A DNA stretch of 64,000 nucleotides. It comes from Lama guanicoe. Taxonomy: Eukaryota. The position numbers were made by a program, and so were the translations under genes. Under the pieces are notes generated by a model. It was not told the DNA's origin and searched no databases. It saw only the letters and a program-made list of their open reading frames with translations. Every line of letters starts with the position of its first letter. Position 1 is the first letter of the stretch. Shown here one piece after another: positions 36,741-48,900 of this stretch. The stretch spans positions 6,375,220-6,439,219 of the forward strand of contig MU054323.1 of NCBI GenBank assembly GCA_013239625.1. Direction: 5' to 3'.

Positions 36741-38924
36741 ACTTGAATTGTTTGCTCAAGGTTCCTCCCATCTTGAACAGCCCAACCAGCATTTGCTCCA
36801 GGGACTCCTTGTCTAGCTTCCCTGGCTGATCAGCTTCCACTTCCTATGGTTACACATTCCTTCTACACGTATCAATATGTTCAGATGTTCAAGTGTTGTG
36901 GGCCTGAGCACCATTTTTTGCATGTCTCTGCTCTAGTCCATTTTGTTTTGATGATACAGCATAATGTTAACCCAAAGCATTAATAGCCCAGCCTTCTGTT
37001 TAGCTCTTGGCCTTGGCATGCATGGCTTCCTCTGGAGTTGTACCTAGAAGTCCCCAAATGCTTCCTGGCTTATCCTGTAAACCTCATGAGTGTCTCTGTA
37101 TTGTACATCTCTATATTCTACAGGAGCAACTGTCCAGTGTCACTATGATTTAGCACTATCTGGATTCAAATAGTAACCTGCCTCTCTGGTTTCTGACTCA
37201 GCCAGTTTAACTGGCTGCATTTCCTCTCATTCTCATTTATTGGGGCACTTGGGAAGACTGCCTCAGCCCCAATCCCACAAGCATAGGAAACTGATGAGTT
37301 AGAGCTGAATTACATACAACTTCCTCCCTTCCCCCCCAAAACTCCCTCCCAATTACCTTTTATAAACCATATAAAACTCCTTCTCTGTTAACAAAACAAC
37401 AAAAACTCCAGAGAGCTATAAATTTGCTCTGAAATTCTACTTTCAGACCTAAGGAAATCATGAGACACAAAGAATTATGTACAAGTTATAAACTGCAATG
37501 TTATTTATGAAGTGCAAAAGTGGAAATAACCTAAATATCATGTGATATGCAATGATTAAAAATATTTTCTAAGCAATTTTAGTGATATTAAAGGTTTCAT
37601 AAATGAAAGTGAACAGAGTGGGTTGTCAACCATATGTATTGCTGATCTAGGTTAGGTTAAAATGTATATATTATGAACACTGAAAAAAAGCCTGGAAGAA
37701 AATAAAAAGTATCAACATTAGTTTTCATTTAATGTGAAATTATGAGTAACTTACTTTCTCAAGTTTAGGTATAAGTGTGTATTACTTTGTGTATACCACA
37801 GCACTGCTTGATGGCCTGTGTGACCCTGAAGAAAGTCGCCTTTTCTCCTTAGGCCCCATTCACCTTTGCAGTTTCATTTATCAATCTCCCATATATACTA
37901 CTTTCTAGCCACATTGAACTTCTTACCATTCTTTTCACACAACAGGAATTTGCATATCCTGTTTCTTAGACCTGGAATGCTTTTCATTCTCTTCTATCTT
38001 TATTCTTCCAGAGTCACTTCAAATATATTTGCAGGCTCCTGAATGAAGAGCTGGTTGCCTCAGGCTTTGTGCTTTATAGTTCTCTTTTTATACCTGTTAC
38101 AGCATTTATCATCTGGTAATGGAGTCATTTGTAACTTTGTTTTCCCAACTAGCTTGTAATCCCATTTGGGGTGGGGTACATATATTATTTACTTTTGTAT
38201 CACCAGTACTTAGCACACAGTAGGCTACTCAATGAATGCTAAATAAGTGAATTTTAAATGCTTTTTTACCTCTTGTTCAAAAAAGAATCAAGCATCTGAA
38301 CAGATAAATGAATGTATGGACTAGTGGTAAGGTTGACCACCAAGAGTAAATCTATAGTTCTTGCCAACTAAGCTCAGAAAAGAAATAGTATTGAAAGGCT
38401 ATTACACAAAGCCTGAAAATGGGAGAATTTTATAAACACTAATAAGAGACACCTTGTCCAAGATAGCATGCTTTTAGAATTCAAAAACTGCATGATCATG
38501 TCAAAAATTGCCAGTGGTCTGTGGTATTCCCTCCCCAGGGACACTTGGAGGGTGTACCAACCAGGCTGGCCTAAGGTTGCTATTAGGAGAGAGAAAGAGG
38601 CACATGTCCAGGAAGGATCAGGGCAGAATCCTGAATTTTCGAAATAGGTTATATAACTCTCCCCCTATATTGTTCCAGTCATCACCTAGGAGGTGGCCAA
38701 GAGGAGATGAACTCTTTCTGGGGAAGGTTGCATTGACTGACCATACTAAGTTTTGTGGACTACAAGAAAGTGAGGGAGACGGAGTCAAAAATCTTTTTGA
38801 GTTGATTTTTGAAAAGGTCTTTCCAAAGCTTAACAAAATTAGATACCTGCAGATGGTGGGGAGTGTGGAATGTTCATCAGATACCTTGACTCCTGGCCCA
38901 TTGTTGGGTGGCCTTTGCATTGGT

Positions 38925-39269
38925 TCCCTTTCTCCCCAAGTCCCACAGGGGTGATGTGGACCAGACGGTTGCGACAGTGCAGGGCGAGCTGCACTATAGG
39001 ACGGGAACATTAGTTAAGGGAATTTACCTTTTTTATAGCAAGTAGTAAGCACGCTGGCTCTTTGTTCTGAAGGGAGAAGTTACTTCATTATTCAAGGTTG
39101 CTTCCTGCAGCATAACCCTGAAATCGCCTGCATGAAGAGTGGTGAGGGCCTTGCATTCTTGGCATACTCAGAAAGATGTGTGGGAATACAAGGGATTCAT
39201 GGAGCAGTCTCCCAACAGATACGCCCTGTGAAACTATTGGCGCCCTCCCATTCATGCCAATAACCAACA
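38925..39269 (-). mobile_element. Partial ERV LTR (ERVL MER54/MER74-like) downstream of PFN4
   Basis: Minus strand starts TGTTGG, has a TATA-like tgctataaaaa and catcacccctgtgggacttggggagaaagggaac; family assigned from memory. Confidence 0.55.
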
Positions 39270-39485
39270 CTTAAAAAAAAAAAAGAACAAGTAAAGTAGA
39301 TCAAATAATTCCAATTAAAGAAGAGGATCTCTTGAAATAACAAAAATTGCTTCCTCAGCTCATTCTTCCTTCTGGCATCTTCAGCCTAGTGTTTTTCAGC
39401 CACAGCATAGGCATTGGTTTTTTCTTTAAGATCTGTAGTTTTCTTCTAAAATCATAAAGATTGTCTTTGATCATCCTCTGATAAC

Positions 39486-39514
39486 TTAATTTCCTTTTCT
39501 TCTTAGATAGTCTC
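39486..39514 (-). CDS. PFN4: Profilin-4 last coding exon ((G)DYLRRKGN*)
   Basis: tttcag|GAGAC...AATTAA, 29 nt. The four exons total 390 nt = 129 aa + stop. Confidence 0.92.
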
Positions 39515-39713
39515 CTGAAAGGCAACAGAACATGGTGATTATTTGTGAACAGTATATTATCACAATATGATTCATTCATTTTTTTTTATCCCACCCACAT
39601 TTGTGAGTGACTACCACATGCTGGGCACTGTGCTAAGTACCTGGAGGTACAAGGATGACTGGACAGTTAAGACCTAGTTCCTCCCTCAGGGAGTTCATTG
39701 TCTAGTAAGGGAA

Positions 39714-39732
39714 TATATATATATATCCCTAT

Positions 39733-39764
<32 letters not shown>
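39714..39764. repeat. (TA)n(CA)n compound microsatellite in the last PFN4 intron
   Basis: tatatatatatatccctatacacacacacacacacacacacacatatatatg. Confidence 0.9.
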
Positions 39765-41755
39765 GTAAAATGTATGTATAATGCTCCTAAAATCCTTCAT
39801 AATGAGAAGTTTTAATAGTCGTAATTCTGTATTTCCCAAGTTTTCTGTAATTATCAAGTATAATTTTTAATAGACATAAATGTAATTAAAAGGAAAACAA
39901 GTGAAGGAAATAAGTAAGTGATGAGATATGAGACTAGTAACCAGCTTCATCCATCCCTCTGAGCATCCAACCACTTCCAAGATAGTCTATCCCTTCCCAG
40001 AGCAGTGAAATCTCAGTGGAATGATGTCAGCCTTGTCCTTCTAACTACAACACATTCTTTGGAGTCTTTTGTGGCTTTAAGCACTCTTTAGTGCCAGCCA
40101 CAGACTCTACATTATAGTGATCATGAAACTTGTCTGGTCTTCTCCACAGGAGACCTGGGGACTTAGCCCTGGGCCCCAGCTGATAGGATAGAGTCCAGCT
40201 TCTTGACAGCTTAATTGTCCATTTTCCTAGCCTCATTTTCTGGACACCTTTAATTAGATAATTAGCCCTGATGTAGAAGTCTCTGTTCTGCCTTCCTGCT
40301 CCTGCCGCGCTCTACTGAAACTGAACCTGCCTTAAATCCCAACACCTGCTCAGGAAAGGTCCTTGATGGTTGTAATTGCCTGTTCCTCTCAAGTTGGAGT
40401 TCACCCCTTCTGTTAGGTGCTTCCTAAGTTGCATCTTACCCATGCTTAGTCCTCTTTGCTCCTAGAATACCTCATTGCCAGCTGTGTAGCATGGTTTATG
40501 ACAATCCATGCCAGGGAACTATTTATGACAACTGTGAAGGTGTATACATTTGTGTGTGTGTGGGGGTGTATAATTTCTGTGATGTAGTTACTTTCTCAAT
40601 TAATCCTTTAAGATTCAGCTCTCTGAAGCCCTCCCTGATTCTGCTAGGCAGATGTCATTAATTTATTTGTTCATCAAACATGTATTAATTGCCTACTCAT
40701 CATTAGACACTGTCTCATCATTAGACACTGGAGATAGGAGGATGATTAAGACAGAATTCTTGCCTTCTAGGGGCTCACAATCTAGGTAAATAAAGGACTC
40801 TAAGGTAGGTAAAAATAAAACTATGCATAAAATAGCACAGTGGAGAGAAACTCAAGTTCTGACTTAGTTTTCAGTGATGATTAGGAATTTGCCAGTTGGA
40901 TCTGAAAGGGCAGGGACAGAAAGGGAAGGTATTTCAGGCAGATAGGAAAGCATATAGAGAGACATGGAAGGCAGACTTTATTTTAACCCGCTTTGACTTC
41001 CTAGCTCATTAGGATAGTGCAGTGGACGTGGAGGTTATCACAGGATTTGCTGAAAGAATGAAAGAATGGCTGCTTTCCTCACTAGCAGAAGTAGAGGCTT
41101 CTACTATTACAAAGGAATGTTCAAAAACTCCAACAGGTTTTATTTTTTTAGAAATTTAAATTTAGATTAAAAAATCTAAACACAGAGTTTATCATTTATT
41201 AAGCTCAACTCTCAGTAGATAAAATTTCCCAGTTCTACATTAGATCTTTATTCAAAAACAGAGACATGGAAGGAGAATGCAGTGGACACCAACAAGTTGA
41301 CTGCCTGGCTCACAGTAATTTCTTTTTCTGTAAAAGGTCCTTTTATATAGGGTGGCCCCCAACAGCTACATCTCTGCTTTTTCACCATGCCCTCCCAGAT
41401 CCCCCAGCTGACTGATATAAGGGTAAACCATATGTTGCAGATCAGGGATCTAAAAGAAACTGAGGTAGGATGCAAAGCTTGGCTGTGATACCACCAGGAA
41501 AGGAGGCATTTTGCAATGGGATGGAACAAAGCTGATCTTCTTAGACTAGAGAAGAGTTCCGGTAGTGTTGCAGTTTCTGGAATCCATCTCCCCTGTGGCT
41601 CAGCTGCACTCCATCCTTCCAGTGGTTTTGTTAAGGAGCCCCAGAATCCTTCTAATAAATTCCTCCTTTCTGCCCTAGCTGATTGGATTGGGTTATCTGC
41701 AGTCAGAAGACTTGACTACGGTAGGGAATAAAGACAGGCATTGAGAGAGACTTAC

Positions 41756-41861
41756 CCAGCTTCTCTGTGGCTTCCACACAGACACTAGGATACATGCCCT
41801 CAGTGTAAGTTGCCACCAGAAGATACAGTTGCGTCTTCACAACAACGACACCAGTATTTTC
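41756..41861 (-). CDS. PFN4: Profilin-4 coding exon 3 ([35 protein letters not shown])
   Basis: atccag|GAAAAT...CTGG|gtaagt, 106 nt. Confidence 0.96.
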
Positions 41862-42673
41862 CTGGATCAGAATAAAACAGAATGCCCTTCTCTTGGTTCC
41901 AATCACAGGACTAGCAGTAATGCTCCAGCCACATTTTTCACCGTTTCCTGACTTCTATATTCATAATTTGATTTTGGACTCTCCATTCTTTTTCTCTAAT
42001 TTAGTTGTCTTTCCTCAAAAAGTTTCAGACTGCAAGAACAGCATGTGTATTTTGAAAAAAGTTTCCCAGTTGATTGTAATATACCCCTATCCTAATGAGA
42101 ACAACTGACGTCATGGAAAGGAAATACATTTTGGAATTATATAGCTCTGGGCTTGAATCCCAGCCCTCCATTTTCTGCTGTATGATTATGGAAGAGTTAT
42201 TTATTTAACCTTGTCAAGCCTCAGTTTCCTCACCTGTAAATAAGGCTACTTAATTTTTAATGTGGGTGAAGTGTGCCTAACCCATAATATAGGGCCATCC
42301 AGAAATGTGACTGTCATCTCTTTAATTCCTTTAAGGCCACAGAGAACCAAGAGAGGCCTTAAGCACAAGAATGATACCACTTTTTGAAAAAAGAAGAATG
42401 TAGAATATGAAGGATGAATTGTAGTGGAGAGGCACAGTTCAGGCAAGGTTCAGGTGATGAATTCTGGAACGAACATTTCTCAAATTCAGGCTTCTCTGTC
42501 AGTACTTTCTTTTACATATGCCTTCCTGGCATTAGACTGCATGCTATCTCAAACACTGCCATTGCAGTAATGGGCTTAGCCTGTTTCAGAGATAGGATCA
42601 GGAGGGGCACAGAAAATTGGAGTCAAATTCTTAAGGTTTTTAACCCAGTTGTCTTCAAATCTGGAACACTCAC

Positions 42674-42811
42674 ATTCTTAGCATAAAGAGAATACTCATC
42701 TGCCCGGATACATTTGTAGTCCTTCTCCTTGAAATACAATCCTTCTCTTCTGGCTATCAAAGGGTTCTTGGCGAATCCATTAACAAGTGTTCGGACATCA
42801 CGGGGCATTAC
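42674..42811 (-). CDS. PFN4: Profilin-4 coding exon 2 ([46 protein letters not shown])
   Basis: ctgcag|GTAATG...AAGAAT|gtgagt, 138 nt. Confidence 0.96.
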
Positions 42812-42845
42812 CTGCAGAGGTTAAATAGACTAGAAGTTGGCATAC

Positions 42846-43160
42846 TGTGGTGGGCTGGTGAAATTTGGCCCAATACCAGTTTTTGTAGGCCTGCAAGCTA
42901 AGAATGGTTTTTACATTTTTAAGTAGTTGGGGGGAAAAAACCCAAAATAATACTTTGTGATGTGTAAAAACTATATGAAATTCAAATTGCAGTGTTCATA
43001 AGTAAAGTTTTATTGGAGCACAGTCATACCCATTCTTTTATGTATTGCCTATGGCATCTTTCCCATTACAACTGCAGAGTAGTTGTGTAGTTGTGACGGA
43101 GACCATAAGGCCCAGAAACCTAAAATATTTACTATGGACCTTTACAGAAAGTTTTAAACT
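42846..43160. mobile_element. MER58-like hAT-Charlie MITE filling most of the first PFN4 coding intron
   Basis: gctaagaatggtttttacattttt, aaagttttattggagcacagtcat, aaaatatttactatggacctttacagaaa. Confidence 0.8.
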
Positions 43161-43187
43161 CTTACGCCCAAACTCGTTTTTTCTTAC

Positions 43188-43304
43188 ACTGAATCCTGGT
43201 GATGCTACACAAAGGCTCCGCTCCTGGAGTTTGATGAGGGCTGCACTGTCCACATGCTTCGTTCCCAGTAGGGTATCTAACAGTAAGTTCTGCAGATGGC
43301 TCAT
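43188..43304 (-). CDS. PFN4: Profilin-4 coding exon 1 ([39 protein letters not shown])
   Basis: ctttttcag|aggaagcATG (exon starts at 43311)...TTCAGT|gtaaga; 117 coding nt. Confidence 0.96.
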
Positions 43305-43849
43305 GCTTCCTCTGAAAAAGGCAACTGCAGTTGAAATGATCTGCCCTGGCTAGTTTTTAAAAGGCCTGTGAATACAAATATCCGTAAGACACTCTGGACA
43401 GTTTTAACGTCAGCACATGCTCTTTGAAAAGATAAAGAGTGGATATGGCGGTCCATCATCTAGCGTCCACCAGTACTTGAAGAGGAAAACAATCATAGAA
43501 AGTCAGTTCAGCGAGAGGGTTATGAGTTTGGAAAATCACAGCTTTGTCAATGGTTTGCATCATAATCATCTAGGACTAAAAATCAAAAATAAAAAACCTG
43601 ACAAAATGTAGAACCACTTAAATAAACAAGACTAAACGAGATATGCTGTGTCCACACGTTCCTTTCCCACTGACCAGCATCAGCACCAACTATGGACACG
43701 GTCAACACTCCATGCGACTAAAAACATCCTTAAGGTACTCAAAGCGACATTCGCGCAAGTTCCCAAGTCTTCTTGCACCGTCCTTCATTGGGACACACTC
43801 CACAAACACTCGTCCTTCCAAGGGATACTGAGGCAGGTGCCCCTTGCCC

Positions 43850-44900
43850 ACCACACCCTTCGCGGTGACGTGGCCCACGGGGGTCTCCCTGGATCAGGGT
43901 TACTGAGGGCGAGGTAGGGGGTTAGTGTCCACTGGTTGGCTGGGGAGACGCACAGGAGGCACAGTGGGCTGGGGGAAGCGCGGCGCGCCAGACCTGAGGG
44001 AAGACACTAGGGTATCAGGGATGGAGCCCAGCACTCTCCCGGCGTGCGGCGCAGGCGCCAGTCAACGGCAGAGGGAAGGCGGGGCGAGAGGACGACGTGC
44101 TCAGGTATTGGCTGAGACAGCTGCCCGTCACCGAGAAGCGCTACTGCTGCTTCCCAAATCCACGGTCTGCCCGCTGGCCGGCGGTACGGCTCTCCAGGTT
44201 CCTTCTCCGCGGACCGGGTTGCGGGAGCGCAGTTGCGCGGGGCTCAGGGTCGCAGCGGTCGGGTCTCCGGACTCGGAGACCCCACGGAATTCGGAGTCCT
44301 CCAATCGCTTCGGCGCCGCGCGGGCTAGTTGTCCGCCGCGGCGGAGAGGCTGCTGCGTCTGGAGACGCTGGACGCGAAACGTTCTCACATCCCGAGGCGA
44401 CGGATTCGAGCTGGGTCGAGGCGGGTGTCCGAGGAGGGCTCACCCTCCCGCTGCCGCCGCCAACTCAGGGACGGTGGGCCGTCGGCCTGGGTCCCCGCGT
44501 GGTGGAGGGGAGCCAGAGGCCTTCCCAGTCTGGGGAGGGGAGCTGAGGTATCGGTCGCGGTCAGCAACCCCCCTGCCAGGCAGGACGGAGGCCGCACGCA
44601 TCTTGCCCGCGGGGTAGGAAGGACGGGGTGGAGTCGTGGGGGCTGTAGGTCTACCTCTGGCGTGGTCGGGGCCGGGGGGCGGTTTGAGCCTCTCAGAGCT
44701 CGAAGACAAGCAATTTTTGTTCAAAAGTCCTTCCTTCCTTCTCTTAAGAGGCCCAACCTGTGTGTGCTTCAGTAGCCAGAAAGCTGTAACTGCCCATTCA
44801 AAGTCAGAAACTGCAAATGCGACTCCTAGAAGCCAGGCTGATAATTGCCACACCGGCGCGAATGGACGCTGTGGGAAGCCTGGAACTCCAGGGGGCGGTG
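43850..44900. promoter_or_regulatory. CpG-island bidirectional promoter shared by PFN4 (-) and FAM228B (+)
   Basis: Dense CpG between two head-to-head genes. Both first coding exons start with splice acceptors, so non-coding first exons must lie upstream, most plausibly here. Confidence 0.85.
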
Positions 44901-45095
44901 GGTGGGTGCAGGAACTCCCCTGCTTAAAGGGAGGCTGGCTCTGAAGACATCCGCAGAAGCCTGTAGTGGAGGCCTCTCTTGTTACGGAAAGCGTGGATGT
45001 CTGATGTCCAGAATCCATTCCACGTCCGTTCATGGCCACAAATATTGATTATTAATTAAACAGAAGAGAAAATAATTGTCAATTCTCATTACTAA

Positions 45096-45257
<162 letters not shown>

Positions 45258-45329
45258 TAGTATGGCATTTTGAAGTTTATACTTGGGTAGTTGCAATGAG
45301 AAATGGCTTGTGTTAAATATATTATTTTT

Positions 45330-48300
45330 CTATGTTTTCTGTTTCGTTCTGCTTCTTATCTCCTTTTTTCTGCCAACTTTGTATTTACTTTGCTCTTCGT
45401 TTTCTAACTTCTTAATGTGGAATCACCACTAGTCATTGGTTATATACCTTTCCTAACATAACAGTTATTAAGTTTCTCCTGAAGCACTGCTATAGCTGCA
45501 TCACCCACAGTTACGGATGTTGTGTGGGTTTTTTTTTCCCCCCAAGATTTTAACCTTTTTTCTACACAGCTTGGGGTATACTTGATATACAATAAACTGC
45601 ATATATTTTAAGTGTAGTTTCATACGTTCTGACCTATGTATTCACACATGACAGTATCACTGCAGTCAAGATACTGAGCATATTCGCTACTCCCAAAGTT
45701 TATTCATTGTGTCCCTTTGTAATCCCTCCCCCCTTCCCTCCCTGCCTGGTTTTGGTCCCTGTAGTTTATTTTGCATTTTAAATTTTTTATACAAATGTAA
45801 TCTTTTGGTATGTATTCTTTTTCTTTGGCTTCTTTCACTCAGCATAATTACTTTGCAGTTCAGGGTGTTGCATGTATAAATACTTCATTCCTTTTTTTTT
45901 TTTTTTAGCTAAATGCTATATATCCCAGTTTGTCCATTCTGTTGAAGGACATTTGGGTTCTTTATAGTTTTTGGCTATTACAAATAAAGCCAAAAGGAAC
46001 ATTTATGTACATGTCTTTGCATGGAGATATGTTTTCATTTCTCTTGAGTAAATATCTAGTTAAGGAGTGGCTGGGTCATCTGATAAATGAACTTAACTTT
46101 TTATGAAACTGCCAAACAGTTCTCCAAAGTTACTGTATTATTTTATATTTCCGCTAGCAGTGTATAAGAGTTCCAATGTTTCACGTCCTAGCTAGCATTT
46201 GGTATAATCTTTGTGTGTGTAGTCTTTTACATTTGAGAAATTCTGAAAGATGTGCAGTGGCATCTCATTGTGTTTTTAGTTTGCATTTCCCTAATGACTA
46301 ATGATGTTGAGCATCTTGTCATGTCTTACTTGCCATTTATATATATTCATTAATGAAGTGTTTGTTCAAATATTTTTCCCATTTTTAAATTGAGTTGTTA
46401 TTTTGTTGTTGAGTTTTTATTATTGAGATATAGTTCATATACCATAAAATTCACTACTTTAAAGTGTGTAATTCAGTAGTTTGTAGTATATCCACAAGGT
46501 TGTATAACCATCACCACTATCAAATTCCAGAACATTTTCATCACCCCCAAAAGAAAATTCATACCCTTCAGCAGTCACTCTCCATTCCCTTCTCCCCTGG
46601 TTTCTGGCAGCCACTAATCAGCTTTGTCTATTCTTGACATTTTATACAAATGAAATCACATAGTATGTGGTTCTTTGTAACAGCCTTTTCTCATTTAGCA
46701 TAATGATTTCCAGGTTCATTCATGTTGTAGCATGTATCAGTAATTCATTCCTTTTTTATGGCCAAATGATACTCCAGTATATGGATATACCACATTTTAT
46801 TCATCCATTCATCATCAGTGGGTGGTCATTTGCATTGTTTCTAGTTTTTGGCTATTGTGAATCATGCCAATACGAACATTTGTATACAAGTTTTTGGGTG
46901 AACGTATGTTTTCACATATCTTGGGTGTATAACCTAGGAATGAAGTTGCTAGGTCATATGGTAATTATGTGTTTAACACTTTGAGGAACTGCCTGCTGTT
47001 TCCCACTGTGGTTGTTTTACATTCTCAGCAGTATATGAAAGTTACAATTTCTCCACTGCTTGGAGTTCATTGAACGTCTTGTATCTGTGGGCATGTACTT
47101 CCCAACACATTTGGAAAAATTTCAGCCATTCTTTTTTAAATATTGTTTCTGTCCCACCTCCTCTCCTTTTGGGAAATACAGTTACATGTTTAATCGTTTG
47201 CTTGAAGCTTAAATAACTACTGGGCCTCTGTGGCCTCTAGAGATTATTCCCCGAATTCTTTCAGGTACTTCTTTGCCCAGCGTTTCTCTGGGTAGTTTCC
47301 CCACATATGTATAGTGTTCAGCATTCAGCTGAAGACCCAAGGGGGACCCCCTACAGATCTAATTCTCTGCAGATCTAATTCTCTGCAGATCCCCAAAACT
47401 CTTTCCCTGTGTGACTTTCCTCTCTATGGTGCTCCACCCTGTGAACTGTAACTTCCCTGGTCTCTCCAGATTTACAACTCCCCTCATTTCAGGGAGAAAG
47501 GTGGGTTCTACCTGCTTTCCTCCTCTCCGTGCCACAGTCTGGAAATTCTCTCCCACAGTCTGGAAATTCTCTCCAGGCACTAACGAGATATTATAGGGCT
47601 CACCTTGTTTTCTGTATCTCAGGAGCCGTTGTCCTTCATAGCTTGATGTTCAGTGTCATGGAAACTGTTGTTTCCCTTTTTTTTTTTAAGGTGGGAGAGT
47701 AAATATATTCCCTGTGATTCTATCTTCCTTGAATGTTGAAGGTTTCATCCTAGCCGTTATTTCTTCAGTTTTGTTTTGTTTCTTTCCTGCTCCATTCTTT
47801 AAATCAGTTATGAGACTCCAGTTATCAACTTGTTGAACTTTTCACTATTGCCTCTTATCACTGCAGTTCTATTCATTTTCCAGTCTTTTCAATTTCTGTT
47901 TTCAGACTGGGTGTATTCTAATGATTTGAGTTCAGGTTCACTGACTTTTTTATGTCATTTCTAATGTGCCATTAAGCCCATTCAAGTTTGTTTTTTAAAT
48001 TTAAGAGCTATATTTCCCACTTGGTTATTTTTCAGTCTCTATTTCTCTGCTGAGATTTTTCTATCCATTCGTTAGGAGTATATTTTCCATTAACTTCTTT
48101 TTTCCCTTTTTTTTTTTTTAGTTTTTTTGGGGGAGGTAATTAGGTTTATTTATTTTTAGAGGAGGTACTGGGGATTGAACCCAGGACCTCCTGCAAGCTA
48201 AGCACACACTCTGCCACTTGAACTATACCCTCCTCCCTTATTTTCCTTTGACTTAAACCTAGCTGTAATAGTTGACCTAAAATCCTTGTCTGCTAATTCC

Positions 48301-48900
48301 AACATATGAGCTATCTCAGACTTGGTCTCCACTGGTTGTCTTTCTTTTAAATATGGTCACATTTTTCTGTTTCTTTGTGTGTCTAGCGATTCTAGACTTT
48401 ATTTTAAACATGATGAATGGTACATTGTAAAAGGTCTGGATTTGTTACGTTCCTCTGAAGAATACAGCTTTTGTTTTAGCAGGCGGTTAATTTGGCTGAA
48501 CACAGACTCCAAACTTTGTCTCTCCCTCAATTGGCAGCTCGTAAAATCAGTGTAGTCCTTTTTAGCTTTAGCTGGGCTGCATGGAGTCTGCTTTGTGCAT
48601 ACATAGTTCAAGGATCTGTCAGAGATTCGGTCTGCAGAATTCATAGCATTCCTTCTCTCACTTCCTGCAGCTCTAGTTGCCCTGAATTTTATATTCTAAT
48701 TCTTGAATCTGAAACTACATATTTCTATCTGAATTTGAGCCACCTCCTTGAGCTCTGATTGAGGCCTGCTCTGAGACGAAAATCCATAAAAAACTAAAAA
48801 CTTATCCAGTGCTGTTGTCTTTTTCCGAGTGTTGGCTACCCTTTACTTTCTGCCTGCTTTAGATCAGTCTCCAGTGTCTTCAGGTGGTGGTTTTTTATAT
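45330..48900 (-). mobile_element. Nested antisense L1 fragments in the FAM228B intron
   Basis: Several L1 3' ends (ttgcatttccctaatgactaatgatgttgagcatc; ccagaacattttcatcaccccc) and older L1 5'-region pieces. Confidence 0.8.
48097..48237 (-). mobile_element. Camelid-type tRNA-derived SINE
   Basis: poly-T, ggtaattaggtttatt, ggggattgaacccagg, ccacttgaactataccctcc. Confidence 0.92.

Noticed and set aside
38508..39010. 148-aa and 130-aa ORFs on opposite strands
   Set aside because: They overlap LTR-like repeat sequence, show no gag/pol/env motif, and look like chance ORFs.
43925..45039. Long overlapping ORFs (230, 199, 149 and 148 aa) on both strands
   Set aside because: They lie in a GC-rich CpG island where stops are rare, have low-complexity R/G/P/A composition, and show no recognisable domain.
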